A stretch of DNA of 64,000 nt from an uncultured bacterium (GCA_963704645.1 OY969926.1:736001-800000), one strand, 5' to 3'; positions 18,169 through 28,203 are shown, numbered from the stretch's first letter. Notes: generated by a model not told the origin, from the sequence alone. A program made the numbers and translations.

Positions 18169-21100
18169 ATGTTGCAGAAACAAAGCCAGTACTTTAAGCT
18201 TTTACACAAAAATAGAATATACTTATTCTTGTTTCTTATTTTTCTAACTATTGGTGCAACAGTTTCTTTAATTTATAATAATAATTTCAGAACAGCTTTT
18301 GCAGCTAATGAACCAATAATTAGTTTAGCTTTATCTCAAAAGTCTGGTACTGCTCCATTTACTGGGACTTGCACACCAGGAGGGAATACATATACACCAG
18401 GAGAAGATGCTTGTGATACTGATAATGTAGTTAGAACTTTAGATAATGTAGAGTTTAATTGGACTGTATCTGTAACTAGCGATCCTGCTAATAATGTTAC
18501 AATTACTCAAGTTTTGCCTAATGGTTTGACTTTTAATGGCGTAGTTTATAATCAGGGTGGTGGAACATCTGCAACTTTAAACTTACCTGTATTTTGTAAA
18601 ACTGGGGCAGGTTTTAATCCTCAATCTAGTATTACAGATAGTACTTTAGTTTGTAACCTTGGTTCATTCACAGCTGGTACTTCTACTACTACTAATTATA
18701 CTCAGATATTTGCTAAAGTTAAAGGAGATAATCCTAATGCAGCAAATATTTCTATTCCTTCTATTTCAGCGAATGCAGATTCAAACATTACAGCTGGAAC
18801 TAAGATTAGTAGTGTTAGCTCTAATGTTACCCCTAGTTTGATTGTTAGCGCCAGTCCTAAGTATGACGTGTTTTTAGCAAACAACATAGATACTTCAGTT
18901 CTTGAAAGTGTACTTAGTCCCACTGGCGAAGAAGGTGTATTAACAAGTGGGGTTGCAGTTAGTGCCAAATATGTTGGAATAAAAGGTGTGGAAATGATAC
19001 AGCAGCCGTTTAGTATTGATGTAACTTTGGAATATGTAAGCACTCCGGCCAGCGGTCAAACTTTTGAGGGAGCTAGATTTTACGATTGGGGTGATGTTTC
19101 AAAACTTGGGTGTACAGGTGCTGTAAGTATTGGAGGGTTTTTAAATAGCCCAAATGTAAATTGCAATCAGATATCCGGCCCTGGGAGTGCAGTAAGAGTA
19201 AATTTTAATAGTTTAGATTTATCTGGTACGCTTACAACAAATAAAATGTTTGCCAATACTCTCAACTCACCTGATCTTACTGTAGTTTCGCAGAAAGTAC
19301 GCTTTTGGATACCTAAAGCCGACTTTGATAAAATCTCAGGAACGTCTTTTCAATGGAGAGCTAGAGCTTCTAATTTTAATCTGGTAAGTATATCAGGAAC
19401 ACAAAATAATGGCACAGGCATTGAAACTAATACTGCAAACAATCTTGGAGCTACGAGTTCACTATTATATAATCCAGCCAATCCAGTTGGGGCAAGTATT
19501 CAATCTGGTTCTGGTGCTAACTTTGGATTGATTCAAAACTTGGTGATTGGAGGTGGATATGCCGCTGTGGGTGAAGCTACAGGTATTTCAGTTACAATTG
19601 GACAGCCTATAAATAGCTATTTTACAACTATCAATAATTTTTCAGTCTGTGCAGTGTTAGACACTAGTATTGCAAACCTACGGGGGCCTGCAGCTGGTTC
19701 AGCTGGATTTATTCCAGTTGCTGATCAGATAGACTTTTCAAGCGCAATATACGAATACGCAGCAATTCCAAACTTTGCTACAGCTAATTCTTGCGAGGAT
19801 ACCGATGGAACTTGGGTTACCTATGCAGATATTGGTAGTATTGGAGGCCTAGATGCAGTTACTAGAATTAGAGCAAGGAATGTTAACAATTTAAAACCAT
19901 TTTTGCCCTCTTCTTCAAATGCTCGTTTTGCGGTTCCTGTAAAAGTTAAAGACTTTCTCCCTACTTTAAATATAGCTTATTCACTACAAAAAGCATTCAC
20001 AAAATTTGGATCTGGATCTTGGGTAGGCGGGGGTGGGGGTGCCAACACATATGTTAATTTACTACCTAGAACATCTAAGGTTATTTTGGCAGACGGAACA
20101 AACAATAATACAAACACTGTTCTTTTAAACAATCCTGCAGGTAGTAGTAATACTATAAAATATGCTCTTCAATTTGGCTCATCCTCTGCTCTTACTGATC
20201 CTAGTAAACTTCATACCCTTAGTGTTAGAGAAAGGTTGCCAGTAGGCCAAAGATATTTAGTGGGTTCAGCACTCTTGGGTACTAGTGCAATTGAGCCCAC
20301 AAGCACTATTCTAAATGCCGATAATACTCAGGATTTGACTTGGGTATTTTCAGATATTCCATTTAATAGCCCCTTACGAACCATAACCTATAAAACAAAC
20401 GTTTCTGCCTTTACGCCAACAGGCACACCAATTTTAAATCAAACGGTAGCCACAAGTCCAGAATTTTTTAATGGAGATATACGGCCATTTTATACCAGTT
20501 ATACAGACTTTAATACTTTTAATACTGCGTTTAATTCTTCAACTAGTTGTAATAATACTACTATGTGTACCTCCTCCACAATAACCGTCCAAAACCTATC
20601 CTCCTTCGCGGTAGAACAAGTTCCAAATAATCCACTGATTGAAAAGAATAAAGATCTTGGTTTCACACTTCGTTATGGTAATTTGGATACACTTAACCCT
20701 GTAGCTTCCTCAACGCATATTAATGTATTTCCTTTTAGCGCTCAAACACCACCACGCTCTCCTGCCACCTCCTTTACAGGTAATCTTGTTTTCAAAGGTT
20801 TAGTTGTAGCTCCAAATAGTGCTAGTTCAGACCCTGCTGTGGTTAATACTAATGACAACATAACAGGTGGTGCTGGTACTGTTCAATATACTAAAGCAGT
20901 AAGTAGTAGTATAGCTTCTGATCCATGTGATGTTAGTAACAATCCTGCTGGCTCGCCCGTAAACACTAATCCAAGATGTGCTGGTGTAGATGGTTCTGTA
21001 ATTGGCACAGGAAGCACTATCTGGTGTGATGCTTCTCTAGATCCTGCTACTCCTAGTATTAAAAACTACTCAATCTTAAACAATGCTGGAGTTTATTCTG

Positions 21101-24012
21101 GAACCAATGGAGCAAACTCTTCAACTTGTCCTACTACTCTTTCTGAAGTAACGGCTTTTAGATTAGTTACAGGCTCTCTTCCTATTGCTTCTGGTTCTGG
21201 TGGAACTATCTATGAAGTTAAAGCTAACTTTGGTACTAATGGAAATACCAATAGTAATATCTACACTAACTTATCTCAAGCCAGAGCTGAAGGTATTGCT
21301 ACAGTTGCTACATCTAATAGTGCAGTAACCAGAGTAAGTAGTGGAAGTGTAAGTGGAAATATATTTAATGATAAAGACAGCAATGGAATAAAAGATATTC
21401 TAGCTACTATTCCTAATCCAAACTTTGATCCAGGCCTACCAACTGATCCTATCTCCAACCCTGAAACTATCACCAACCCAGAAAGTGACTTTGATCTTAG
21501 TGGGGTAAGCGTAGAACTAAGATACGGTACTGGTAATTTAGATGAAAACAACCTTCCAATTGCTGAGGGAAGTTTAATTACAACTGTAACTACTGATTCA
21601 ACTGGAAACTACACTTTCCCTAATATCTCAAGCGGTAACTACACCGTAGTTGTACTTCAAAACGGTATTCCTCTTTCTATTCAAACTACAGACAAAGACT
21701 TTGCATTAGACTTAGCTGCTAATCCAGGCTCTCCAAACAATACTCTTTTAGATAACTCAACGCCAATTACTTTAACATATACCAACGGAGTGGGTGTAAA
21801 CAATATTTCTAATGCAAACTTTGGATACAACCAATACAGCAGACTTACTGGTAAACTTTATGCTGATACAAATAACAATGGAATTCAAGATGATGGAAGT
21901 GTAAATGGTAACCCAGCTGAACCAGACTTTAACTCTACCACTAATCTAATTCCAACTGGTACCAGTGTAGTTATTACTTCTACAACAACACCAAGTATTA
22001 CTTACACTTTAACTACAGCAACATCTTCTACAGTTGTAAGTGGCTTTACTACAGGCAGCATTAACAACAGCGGTGTTGGTTCAAGTTTTGGATCCTTTTC
22101 TCAAGACTTACCTGTAGGAGAATATACCGTAACTGTTCTTACCGCCAATCCTAAATACATTGTTTCAGTTTCAACTCAGCTTGGTGATGCTGTTGGAGCT
22201 AACCCAAGTACACTAACTGTTAGCTTTGGTCAAACAAGAAGTTCTGGAAATGATGGATTACACCTTGTTCAAATTCAAAATACAGATATTGACTCTATTG
22301 CTTGTAACCCAACTACAACAAATGTTGATACAACCACAGATTGTACTGTTACTTTAGTAGCCGGTAGAAACTTTAATGCTTTAAGTGGAAGTATAGACTT
22401 TAGAATAGGCGATGGAATTGCAGGACAAGGTGGAACTGTTAAAACCTGCTCTATTCCTGTTACTGGTAATGGAGGAACTGGCAGTGATGGAACTATTACA
22501 GTTACAACTTTAACTTGTACGGGTATAACTGTAGGAAGTAATATTGGTATTTTCCCAGCAAGTTTTAAAACAAGCAACGATACAACTTTCATTACAGGAT
22601 CAAGCCCAACTAATATTACAGTAATTAATACAATTCAACCTAGTGATATTGACAGCATAGTTTGCCAAAGTCCTAAAGTAGTTAATGCAACTACAGACTG
22701 TGTTGTTACTCTAACTGCCAATGCCGTAAGTAGTAACAGAGCCTTTAACAATTTAACTGGTAGTATTGCTCTTAAAATATCTGATGGTATACTTTTAACT
22801 TGTCCTAACTTTGCATCGTCTACTTCACCTTTTAACACTCTAAATTGTAATGCAGTTTCTGTAGGAAGCTTAATAAGTTCTGGAAATGGATATACTGTGA
22901 ACTATGCTCTTAATGCTAGCACAACTACAACTGACGCACCTAATACTCCAAGTAAAAGCAATTATGTAGTGGTTAACAATACAATTCAACCTTCTAACCT
23001 ATCTAGTGTGGTTTGTGATAGTCCTAAACTAATTAACCAAACAACAGACTGTGTAGTTACTTTGGTAAGTGGAAATAGTTTTGCTAACTTATCTGGTGAC
23101 ATTAAAATTAAGATTAATGATGGACTTGAAACCTCATGCCCTGCCTTCTCTTCCTCAATTACTCCGTTTAACACCTTAACATGTACAGTAATTCCAGTAG
23201 GAACTTTAATTGGAACTTTCAAACCGGCCTATAGTTTAAGTAGTTCAGCAGCAATAGACACATTAAGTACTGATGTGGTTGTTTCTAATCCAGTTGATGA
23301 AACTATCTTGTCTAATCCATCAACTACAATTAATTGCCAAACAAATCAAATAAACTCTATTACAACTTGCACTTTCACTCTTCCTACAAATACTACTTTA
23401 GCCTCAGGATTAAAACTAGGTATTGGAGATTCTACACCAGCAGGAACTTGTATAGTAACTAATGCAACTACAGAAGAAGTAACTTGTACAGGTGTACCAA
23501 CAGGATCTTTAATAGGGCAACAAATTATTAAAGTGCAGATAGCCTCTGCAGCTGTGGTAGATACAACTAGTACTGCACTAGTAACAGACACTCCTTGTTC
23601 AACAACCAATCCTTGTGCTATTCTAGATTCTAGTCTAACCTACAACCCAACCCAAGCCCTAGCCAAAAGATATGGAGCTTCTGGTTCTACAAACTCAGAT
23701 AACCTAATACTAACTCTAAAAGATACAAGATTAGAACAATCTGGATTTACTACAACATGTTCCATAAAATATAAATTCAGAACAGATACAAGCTACAGAA
23801 TATTAACAACAAACTCTACCTACAATAATACTACAGGATGTACAGGAAACCTTCTTAAAGCAAATCAACTATTATTCAATGTAGACTTTGAAATAACTGC
23901 AATAACTACAAATACAACTACAAACACTACAAAGAACTATCTAATCTATTCCAACTACGATTTCAAAGCTGGTTCTATTGGAGTTACTTCTATTGGAGGA
24001 AGTGGGTTGTAG
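18169..24012 (+). CDS. Giant surface protein (1947 aa): DUF11-like and SdrD-B-like Ig domains, 4-Cys repeats, conserved C-terminal domain
   Basis: N-terminal TM/signal (AFA|A); GSVSGNIFNDKDSNG and TTDSTGNYTF (SdrD-B-like); repeated IQ.SDI.SI.C.P...T.DC modules; Thr/Ser/Asn-rich. Confidence 0.88.
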   Translation: MLQKQSQYFKLLHKNRIYLFLFLIFLTIGATVSLIYNNNFRTAFAANEPIISLALSQKSGTAPFTGTCTPGGNTYTPGEDACDTDNVVRTLDNVEFNWTVSVTSDPANNVTITQVLPNGLTFNGVVYNQGGGTSATLNLPVFCKTGAGFNPQSSITDSTLVCNLGSFTAGTSTTTNYTQIFAKVKGDNPNAANISIPSISANADSNITAGTKISSVSSNVTPSLIVSASPKYDVFLANNIDTSVLESVLSPTGEEGVLTSGVAVSAKYVGIKGVEMIQQPFSIDVTLEYVSTPASGQTFEGARFYDWGDVSKLGCTGAVSIGGFLNSPNVNCNQISGPGSAVRVNFNSLDLSGTLTTNKMFANTLNSPDLTVVSQKVRFWIPKADFDKISGTSFQWRARASNFNLVSISGTQNNGTGIETNTANNLGATSSLLYNPANPVGASIQSGSGANFGLIQNLVIGGGYAAVGEATGISVTIGQPINSYFTTINNFSVCAVLDTSIANLRGPAAGSAGFIPVADQIDFSSAIYEYAAIPNFATANSCEDTDGTWVTYADIGSIGGLDAVTRIRARNVNNLKPFLPSSSNARFAVPVKVKDFLPTLNIAYSLQKAFTKFGSGSWVGGGGGANTYVNLLPRTSKVILADGTNNNTNTVLLNNPAGSSNTIKYALQFGSSSALTDPSKLHTLSVRERLPVGQRYLVGSALLGTSAIEPTSTILNADNTQDLTWVFSDIPFNSPLRTITYKTNVSAFTPTGTPILNQTVATSPEFFNGDIRPFYTSYTDFNTFNTAFNSSTSCNNTTMCTSSTITVQNLSSFAVEQVPNNPLIEKNKDLGFTLRYGNLDTLNPVASSTHINVFPFSAQTPPRSPATSFTGNLVFKGLVVAPNSASSDPAVVNTNDNITGGAGTVQYTKAVSSSIASDPCDVSNNPAGSPVNTNPRCAGVDGSVIGTGSTIWCDASLDPATPSIKNYSILNNAGVYSGTNGANSSTCPTTLSEVTAFRLVTGSLPIASGSGGTIYEVKANFGTNGNTNSNIYTNLSQARAEGIATVATSNSAVTRVSSGSVSGNIFNDKDSNGIKDILATIPNPNFDPGLPTDPISNPETITNPESDFDLSGVSVELRYGTGNLDENNLPIAEGSLITTVTTDSTGNYTFPNISSGNYTVVVLQNGIPLSIQTTDKDFALDLAANPGSPNNTLLDNSTPITLTYTNGVGVNNISNANFGYNQYSRLTGKLYADTNNNGIQDDGSVNGNPAEPDFNSTTNLIPTGTSVVITSTTTPSITYTLTTATSSTVVSGFTTGSINNSGVGSSFGSFSQDLPVGEYTVTVLTANPKYIVSVSTQLGDAVGANPSTLTVSFGQTRSSGNDGLHLVQIQNTDIDSIACNPTTTNVDTTTDCTVTLVAGRNFNALSGSIDFRIGDGIAGQGGTVKTCSIPVTGNGGTGSDGTITVTTLTCTGITVGSNIGIFPASFKTSNDTTFITGSSPTNITVINTIQPSDIDSIVCQSPKVVNATTDCVVTLTANAVSSNRAFNNLTGSIALKISDGILLTCPNFASSTSPFNTLNCNAVSVGSLISSGNGYTVNYALNASTTTTDAPNTPSKSNYVVVNNTIQPSNLSSVVCDSPKLINQTTDCVVTLVSGNSFANLSGDIKIKINDGLETSCPAFSSSITPFNTLTCTVIPVGTLIGTFKPAYSLSSSAAIDTLSTDVVVSNPVDETILSNPSTTINCQTNQINSITTCTFTLPTNTTLASGLKLGIGDSTPAGTCIVTNATTEEVTCTGVPTGSLIGQQIIKVQIASAAVVDTTSTALVTDTPCSTTNPCAILDSSLTYNPTQALAKRYGASGSTNSDNLILTLKDTRLEQSGFTTTCSIKYKFRTDTSYRILTTNSTYNNTTGCTGNLLKANQLLFNVDFEITAITTNTTTNTTKNYLIYSNYDFKAGSIGVTSIGGSGL

Positions 24013-24175
24013 GGGGTAATCATTGAAATTCACAACACTATGTAGGGGAGATGCTTGTCATCTCCCAGGGGTAAGGGGATGGGGAGTGGACTTTAGTATG
24101 GGAATACTTTAACTCAACAACACCAAGTAGGGGAGATACCCTATCTCCCTGGGTAAACGAAGGGAAAGGAGGGAA
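23635..24175 (+). repeat. 541-bp direct repeat, copy 1 (C-terminal domain plus 3' hairpins); copy 2 at 26051-26591
   Basis: Identical by eye at constant offset 2416, from ctaacctacaacccaacc to ggagggaa. Confidence 0.95.
24042..24149 (+). repeat. Doublet of GTAG-headed palindromes (REP-like)
   Basis: GTAG-GGGAGATG-cttgt-CATCTCCC and GTAG-GGGAGATA-ccc-TATCTCCC. Confidence 0.8.
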
Positions 24176-24247
24176 GGAAATCATCTCCAATCCCCTTTGC
24201 CCAAACCCAAAAAACAAAATACAATAAAACAAAACCAAAACAAAAAT

Positions 24248-26428
24248 ATGAATCAAAAATCATTTCCTAAAAAAGGTAATATTCTAAAATCATTCCTTCA
24301 ATCTAAAAAAGGACAATATTCTTTATTCTCTTTATTAACACTTTCTGTATTATTAATATCTGGATTATTTACTTTCTCTTTATTACAAAATACTGACACA
24401 GCATTAGCTGCTTTAAATTGTCCTGCTGGTTCTACTGTAAGTGGAAATACTTGTATATCTAATACTCCTTCTTCTTATACTTGTCCTGCTGGTCAGACTG
24501 TTAGTGGAACTAGTTGCATTACTACAAGTTGTCCTCAAGGTGGGGATTTAAGTGGTGGAAGTTGTGTAGCCAGTAATGCAAGTCCAGTGCAGACTAATGA
24601 TGCATGCCCAGTTTACACTTTTGGAGGAGCAACTCTTCAATCAGAAGCATTGGTTAGTGGTATTTCATTTTGTTTTACTGAGGGCGCAGAAGGTTCTAAT
24701 GCCAGTGTTACATATAATATAAATAATTGTAATTTAGGCTATGACTCTAATATTATACAGAATTACAATCAACCGACTTATGGAATTCCAGTAAATTATT
24801 TTGGAAGTACTGGGTCTTTTGTCTCCAGCTTTGGGGGGGCTGGTTCTACTTACCAATCTCCAAATGGTATTTGTGCTGGTGTAGTTCAATACGCACTAGG
24901 AGCAAATAATGAACCAGATATACAAAGAGTTTACGCTTACTGGAAAAAAGGACTATACACTTCTGTATATTCCTACACCGCCACAACCACCACCACAGGC
25001 TCAGCCACACCAGTCTACGGAACAGCAGTAACCCCAACTTCCTACACCCCAGAACCAGGCCAAATCACAGGTCTAACCTGTACACCTTCTAGCGTTGTAG
25101 CCTCAGGAACAGTAAACTGTAGCGGACAAGCCACAGGAGCACCAAGTGGAGTACCTTATGCAGGAAACATTACAGTAACAATAGACAACGGAGGAGGAAG
25201 TATAACAACTACAATAAACCCAGACGGAACTTTCACAGCTTCTTCAGTACCAGTAGGAACAACCACAGGAACTAAAGCAGCTACAACTAACTTAGGAGGA
25301 ACAACTTCTATTACAGTTACAGCAGCTTCTATCACAGTAGACCCAGACCTAGCTTCAGGCCCAGGAAGTTTATCTAACTCTACAGATTGTACAAGTGCAA
25401 AGAACGTAACTATTGGAACTGTCTACACTTGTTCTTTCCCAATCAACGGAACAGGCCCATTTGTATTACCAGCAGGAGGAATACAAGCTAGAACCAATCA
25501 AAGTGCAAACAACTCTACCCCAGTAAACACATGTACCATTGCAGCTTCAGTATTAACCTGTACAGGAATAACAACAGTAGGAACACCAAGTACATTAATA
25601 GCAGGAACTGGTAATGTACAATTAGGTAAGGGAACAACTCCAGCTACTTGGAACACTAAGGGAGTAGTTACCTTGGTAGCTGCCACCTCCCCCCTAACCA
25701 CAACCGACATCCCTTCCCTTACAGTAACATGTGGAGTAGGAGGAACTCCTGGAACAGTAAGAGTAAACACTACAACAACTTGTACCTTCACTCTTCCTAC
25801 AAACAAAACATTACCAAATAACTTCAAACTAGGAATAGGTAATGCAACCCCTGCAGGAACTTGTACTGTAGGAACAGGAATAAACTCTAGTCTAGTAACT
25901 TGTATTAACGTACCAACAGGAACACTTCTTGGAACACAACCTATTAACGGACAAATAGGAACTGAAACAATAACACCTACAGGAGAAACAGTAAATGTAA
26001 TAGATTCACTATGTTCCACAACTAACCCATGTGCCCTATTCGAAACAGCACTAACCTACAACCCAACCCAAGCCCTAGCCAAAAGATATGGAGCTTCTGG
26101 TTCTACAAACTCAGATAACCTAATACTAACTCTAAAAGATACAAGATTAGAACAATCTGGATTTACTACAACATGTTCCATAAAATATAAATTCAGAACA
26201 GATACAAGCTACAGAATATTAACAACAAACTCTACCTACAATAATACTACAGGATGTACAGGAAACCTTCTTAAAGCAAATCAACTATTATTCAATGTAG
26301 ACTTTGAAATAACTGCAATAACTACAAATACAACTACAAACACTACAAAGAACTATCTAATCTATTCCAACTACGATTTCAAAGCTGGTTCTATTGGAGT
26401 TACTTCTATTGGAGGAAGTGGGTTGTAG
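24248..26428 (+). CDS. Secreted Cys-rich surface protein with the shared C-terminal domain (probable start ATG 24248)
   Basis: Basic N-terminus, TM and ALA|A; CPAG..VSG..C repeats; last ~125 aa identical to those of 18169..24012. Confidence 0.88.
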   Translation: MNQKSFPKKGNILKSFLQSKKGQYSLFSLLTLSVLLISGLFTFSLLQNTDTALAALNCPAGSTVSGNTCISNTPSSYTCPAGQTVSGTSCITTSCPQGGDLSGGSCVASNASPVQTNDACPVYTFGGATLQSEALVSGISFCFTEGAEGSNASVTYNINNCNLGYDSNIIQNYNQPTYGIPVNYFGSTGSFVSSFGGAGSTYQSPNGICAGVVQYALGANNEPDIQRVYAYWKKGLYTSVYSYTATTTTTGSATPVYGTAVTPTSYTPEPGQITGLTCTPSSVVASGTVNCSGQATGAPSGVPYAGNITVTIDNGGGSITTTINPDGTFTASSVPVGTTTGTKAATTNLGGTTSITVTAASITVDPDLASGPGSLSNSTDCTSAKNVTIGTVYTCSFPINGTGPFVLPAGGIQARTNQSANNSTPVNTCTIAASVLTCTGITTVGTPSTLIAGTGNVQLGKGTTPATWNTKGVVTLVAATSPLTTTDIPSLTVTCGVGGTPGTVRVNTTTTCTFTLPTNKTLPNNFKLGIGNATPAGTCTVGTGINSSLVTCINVPTGTLLGTQPINGQIGTETITPTGETVNVIDSLCSTTNPCALFETALTYNPTQALAKRYGASGSTNSDNLILTLKDTRLEQSGFTTTCSIKYKFRTDTSYRILTTNSTYNNTTGCTGNLLKANQLLFNVDFEITAITTNTTTNTTKNYLIYSNYDFKAGSIGVTSIGGSGL

Positions 26429-26591
26429 GGGGTAATCATTGAAATTCACAACACTATGTAGGGGAGATGCTTGTCATCTCCCAGGGGTAAGGGGATGGGG
26501 AGTGGACTTTAGTATGGGAATACTTTAACTCAACAACACCAAGTAGGGGAGATACCCTATCTCCCTGGGTAAACGAAGGGAAAGGAGGGAA
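25686..26591 (+). repeat. Repeat copy 2: direct repeat with 23635-24175; 25686-26539 is also an inverted repeat with 62672-63525
   Basis: Coordinate sum 89211 is constant from cctcccccctaacc to caacaacac, with only a few mismatches. Confidence 0.95.
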
Positions 26592-26658
26592 TGGGTGTAT
26601 TTTGACGAAAAATTTATCTACAATAATTATTGTTTTAGAAACACATTTTATTATTTAT

Positions 26659-27660
26659 ATGTCCAAACCTACAATGTTAACAGGAGATAGGCCAACGGGG
26701 CCGCTACATATTGGCCACTATTTTGGCTCTTTGGTTAATAGGAAAAAATACCAGAATGAATATAAAACTTTCATAATGGTGGCTGATGTACAGGCTTTAA
26801 CTGATAATTGGGATAATCCTGAAAAAGTTAGGCAAAATGTTTTTGAAGTGGCTGTAGATAACATGGCTTTAGGCTTAGAAGCAGAAACTAAGTTGTTCAT
26901 TCAAAGCCAAATTCCCCAAATAGCCGAATTAACAGTATATTTTTCTAACCTTGTCACTATTAACCGTTTAAAAAGAAATCCAACGGTTAAAACTGAAATT
27001 GAACAAAAGAAAGATAAGTTTGGAAGCGAAGGTGAGAGTTTGACTTTTGGGTTTTTAGGTTACCCAATTTCACAAGCCGGAGATATTACTTTGGTTAGAG
27101 CTAATATTGTTCCAGTTGGTGAAGATCAGTTGCCAGTAGTAGAACAGACCCAAGAAATTGTGGAAAAATTTAACAGAATTTATAAGCAAAATGTTTTTCC
27201 TTACCCTAAAGCACTTTTGTCTGAATCGCCTAGAATTTTGGGTTTAGATGGAAATGCTAAAATGAGTAAAAGCTTAAACAACTGTATATATTTAAAGGAT
27301 GACGAAGACACTACAATTGCTAAAATTAAAGTAGCTAAAACAGATTCCATTTCCGAAATTTATTTTGACGAAGAAAACAGACCAGAAATTTCCAACTTAA
27401 TTAGAATGTATGGTCTAGTAAATAATATTTCAATAGAAAAGGCTGCAGAAGATTTGAAAGGGTTAAATAATTCAGCTTTTAAACAAAAGTTGGCCACAGA
27501 TATGAACCTATATTTTGCAGAATTTAGAGCCAGAAGACTTCAAATTGCTAACAATCCAAAGCTTGTATGGGAAAAGCTTGAAGAGGGCAGGCAGGCAGTG
27601 TTAAAAGAGGCTGAGCTAACCATGGCAGAGTTAAGGAAAGCTATGAGAGTGGATTATTAA
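26659..27660 (+). CDS. trpS: Tryptophan--tRNA ligase (probable start ATG 26659)
   Basis: TGDRPTGPLHIGH, GFLGYPISQAGDI, VPVGEDQ, KMSKS. Confidence 0.96.
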   Translation: MSKPTMLTGDRPTGPLHIGHYFGSLVNRKKYQNEYKTFIMVADVQALTDNWDNPEKVRQNVFEVAVDNMALGLEAETKLFIQSQIPQIAELTVYFSNLVTINRLKRNPTVKTEIEQKKDKFGSEGESLTFGFLGYPISQAGDITLVRANIVPVGEDQLPVVEQTQEIVEKFNRIYKQNVFPYPKALLSESPRILGLDGNAKMSKSLNNCIYLKDDEDTTIAKIKVAKTDSISEIYFDEENRPEISNLIRMYGLVNNISIEKAAEDLKGLNNSAFKQKLATDMNLYFAEFRARRLQIANNPKLVWEKLEEGRQAVLKEAELTMAELRKAMRVDY

Positions 27661-27708
27661 GGCCCAATCAAATAATCTATAGAGATCAAGCTAATAAACA
27701 ATTGCAAG

Positions 27709-28203
27709 TTAACCAATTACTGGTGTTCCCACTATATATGGTGATAAACCCTCAGGATATCTTCTTAAAAGATTAGATAAGTTAGTTTTTACTGTGTCTG
27801 TATTCTTTTTTGCATCGTACCACTTTCTTACTGCACTTAAAATATCACTTACAAATATTTTGACATCTATGTTATACGCATCACCCATAATATTGTTATG
27901 AAATACATTCGATGTTACACCTGGTTCTAAAAAAATTATTCTTGAGTACCCGGATTCTCTGTGTATTGAAGTACCTTGATGAAGAAGTGAGCATCGAAAC
28001 CTATAAAAGTCAGCTGGATCTAACATTGGGTACTTTTGGCTAAGATTCTCAGTAATCCAGTTTATATATTTTGTTTTTGTTGTTTCTCCATTTTCTGACT
28101 CTGAAGCAGCGCATATGTCTGGCAAAGCCAAAGAGCAATAAAGTGCTAAATAGTACAAATTATTGTTTATTGCAATTTCTATTTGGTTTAATAAATCATC
28201 CAT
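27709..28203 (-). CDS. Hypothetical protein with HEPN-like RxxxxH motif
   Basis: ALPDICA...Y..W...YRFRCSLLHQG. Confidence 0.7.
   Translation of the reverse strand: MDDLLNQIEIAINNNLYYLALYCSLALPDICAASESENGETTKTKYINWITENLSQKYPMLDPADFYRFRCSLLHQGTSIHRESGYSRIIFLEPGVTSNVFHNNIMGDAYNIDVKIFVSDILSAVRKWYDAKKNTDTVKTNLSNLLRRYPEGLSPYIVGTPVIG

Noticed and set aside
24038-24256. 72-aa minus-strand ORF
   Set aside because: It spans the REP-like hairpins and the AAAC leader and has no coding features.
18659-26019. Many short antisense/alternate-frame ORFs inside the giant surface genes (also 53390-60988 and 63192-63650)
   Set aside because: Shadow ORFs caused by biased Thr/Gly/Ser codon usage of the real genes.
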